NCBI GenBank assembly: GCA_016716765.1 | Contig: JADJVA010000020.1 | Coordinates: forward strand, 926,459-990,458 | Source: Bdellovibrionales bacterium | GTDB lineage: Bacteria > Bdellovibrionota > Bdellovibrionia > Bdellovibrionales > UBA1609 | Length of the DNA stretch: 64,000 nucleotides | Direction of reading: 5' to 3' | Shown here: piece by piece, positions 63,572 through 64,000 of the stretch | How positions within the stretch are numbered: position 1 is the first letter of the stretch | Layout: each line of letters begins with the position of its first letter | Translations under genes and position numbers: made by a program | Notes under the pieces: model-generated | What the model was told of the DNA's origin: nothing | What the model saw: only the letters and a program-made list of their open reading frames with translations | Database searches by the model: none

Positions 63572-64000
63572 ATGAATGTGCTTTTAGTTGAAGATGATCC
63601 AGCTTTAGCTCGAGGAATCCAAGTCATTTTAGAGATTGAGGGCTACCGGACCTTCTGGGCGTCCAATTTAAAATCAGCTTACGAAATTAATGAAGGAGAA
63701 AAATTAGGACTTGTCATACTCGACCTAGGGCTTGCGGATGGCAGTGGATTTGATTTTTTGACTAAAGTCCGAGAATCTGGCTCACGACTGCCGATCATTG
63801 TACTCACCGCAAAGACAGATGAAGACTCGATCGTTGAAGGACTTCAGCGCGGGGCTAATGATTATATGAAAAAGCCCTTTGGCAACCGGGAACTTTTGGC
63901 GCGAATCAAAGCTATTCTTAGGGAGCCGCAGTTAAGGGAAAATCAATTTCGCTTTGGTGATCTTCTTCTCTTGGTTGACCAACGAGTTGTAAAATATAAG
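63572..64000 (+). CDS. OmpR/PhoB-family response regulator, 3'-truncated by the window end
   Basis: MNVLLVEDDPALARG...LVILDLGLADGSG...KKPF...FRFGDLLLLVDQR. Not in the track because no stop is reached. An alternative ATG lies at 63563. Confidence 0.85.
   Translation, partial: MNVLLVEDDPALARGIQVILEIEGYRTFWASNLKSAYEINEGEKLGLVILDLGLADGSGFDFLTKVRESGSRLPIIVLTAKTDEDSIVEGLQRGANDYMKKPFGNRELLARIKAILREPQLRENQFRFGDLLLLVDQRVVKYK

Overview
Gene-dense 64-kb chromosomal window from a moderately low-GC Gram-negative bacterium, with about 60 CDS and two tRNA-Arg genes. The family content (TIGR02147/DUF4423-like genes, PilT/PilZ genes, many beta-barrel OMPs) suggests a Bdellovibrio-like or Oligoflexia lineage, but this is an impression, not a computed result. 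The blocks, in order, are as follows. (1) A CarH/LitR-type B12-binding MerR regulator preceded by a perfect 18-bp inverted repeat, then a porin, ZnuA-like and ZnuB-like metal-uptake set with no ATPase. (2) OmpR-type, REC-only and hybrid histidine kinase signalling genes and a TARG1/DarG-type macro domain. (3) A 14.5-kb co-directional anaerobic module on the minus strand. It holds a CoA-transferase, a four-subunit group-3b-type [NiFe]-hydrogenase with an embedded cNMP-binding-domain ORF, the maturation protease, a zinc-finger-less HypA-like ORF, HypF/C/D/E and PflB/PflA. (4) MarR with a 46-bp perfect palindrome over its start codon. (5) A nine-gene, translationally coupled operon of two GNAT-like ORFs, an HxxxDG ORF, an outer-membrane barrel, and LolD-like, FtsX, LolA-like and FtsX genes. 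This is my best candidate for an undescribed lipid-type synthesis-and-export system. (6) Housekeeping genes (ppc, tag, aat, recQ, fusA, dcd, cutA, pyrE) interleaved with a TPR/PilT-like/PilZ trio. (7) An accessory segment downstream of tRNA-Arg(TCG). It contains relBE with a frameshifted antitoxin, and a TIGR02147 fragment plus a frameshifted full copy flanking two paralogous OMPs and a double-DUF333 protein. It also contains ArsR-SRPBCC, a Cys/Tyr/Ser/Thr-rich lipoprotein, and two secreted proteins sharing a Cys-pair module, one ending in seven 57-bp Gly/Met-rich tandem repeats. Several frame disruptions sit at homopolymer runs and may be assembly errors. All family calls come from reading motifs by eye; no searches were run.
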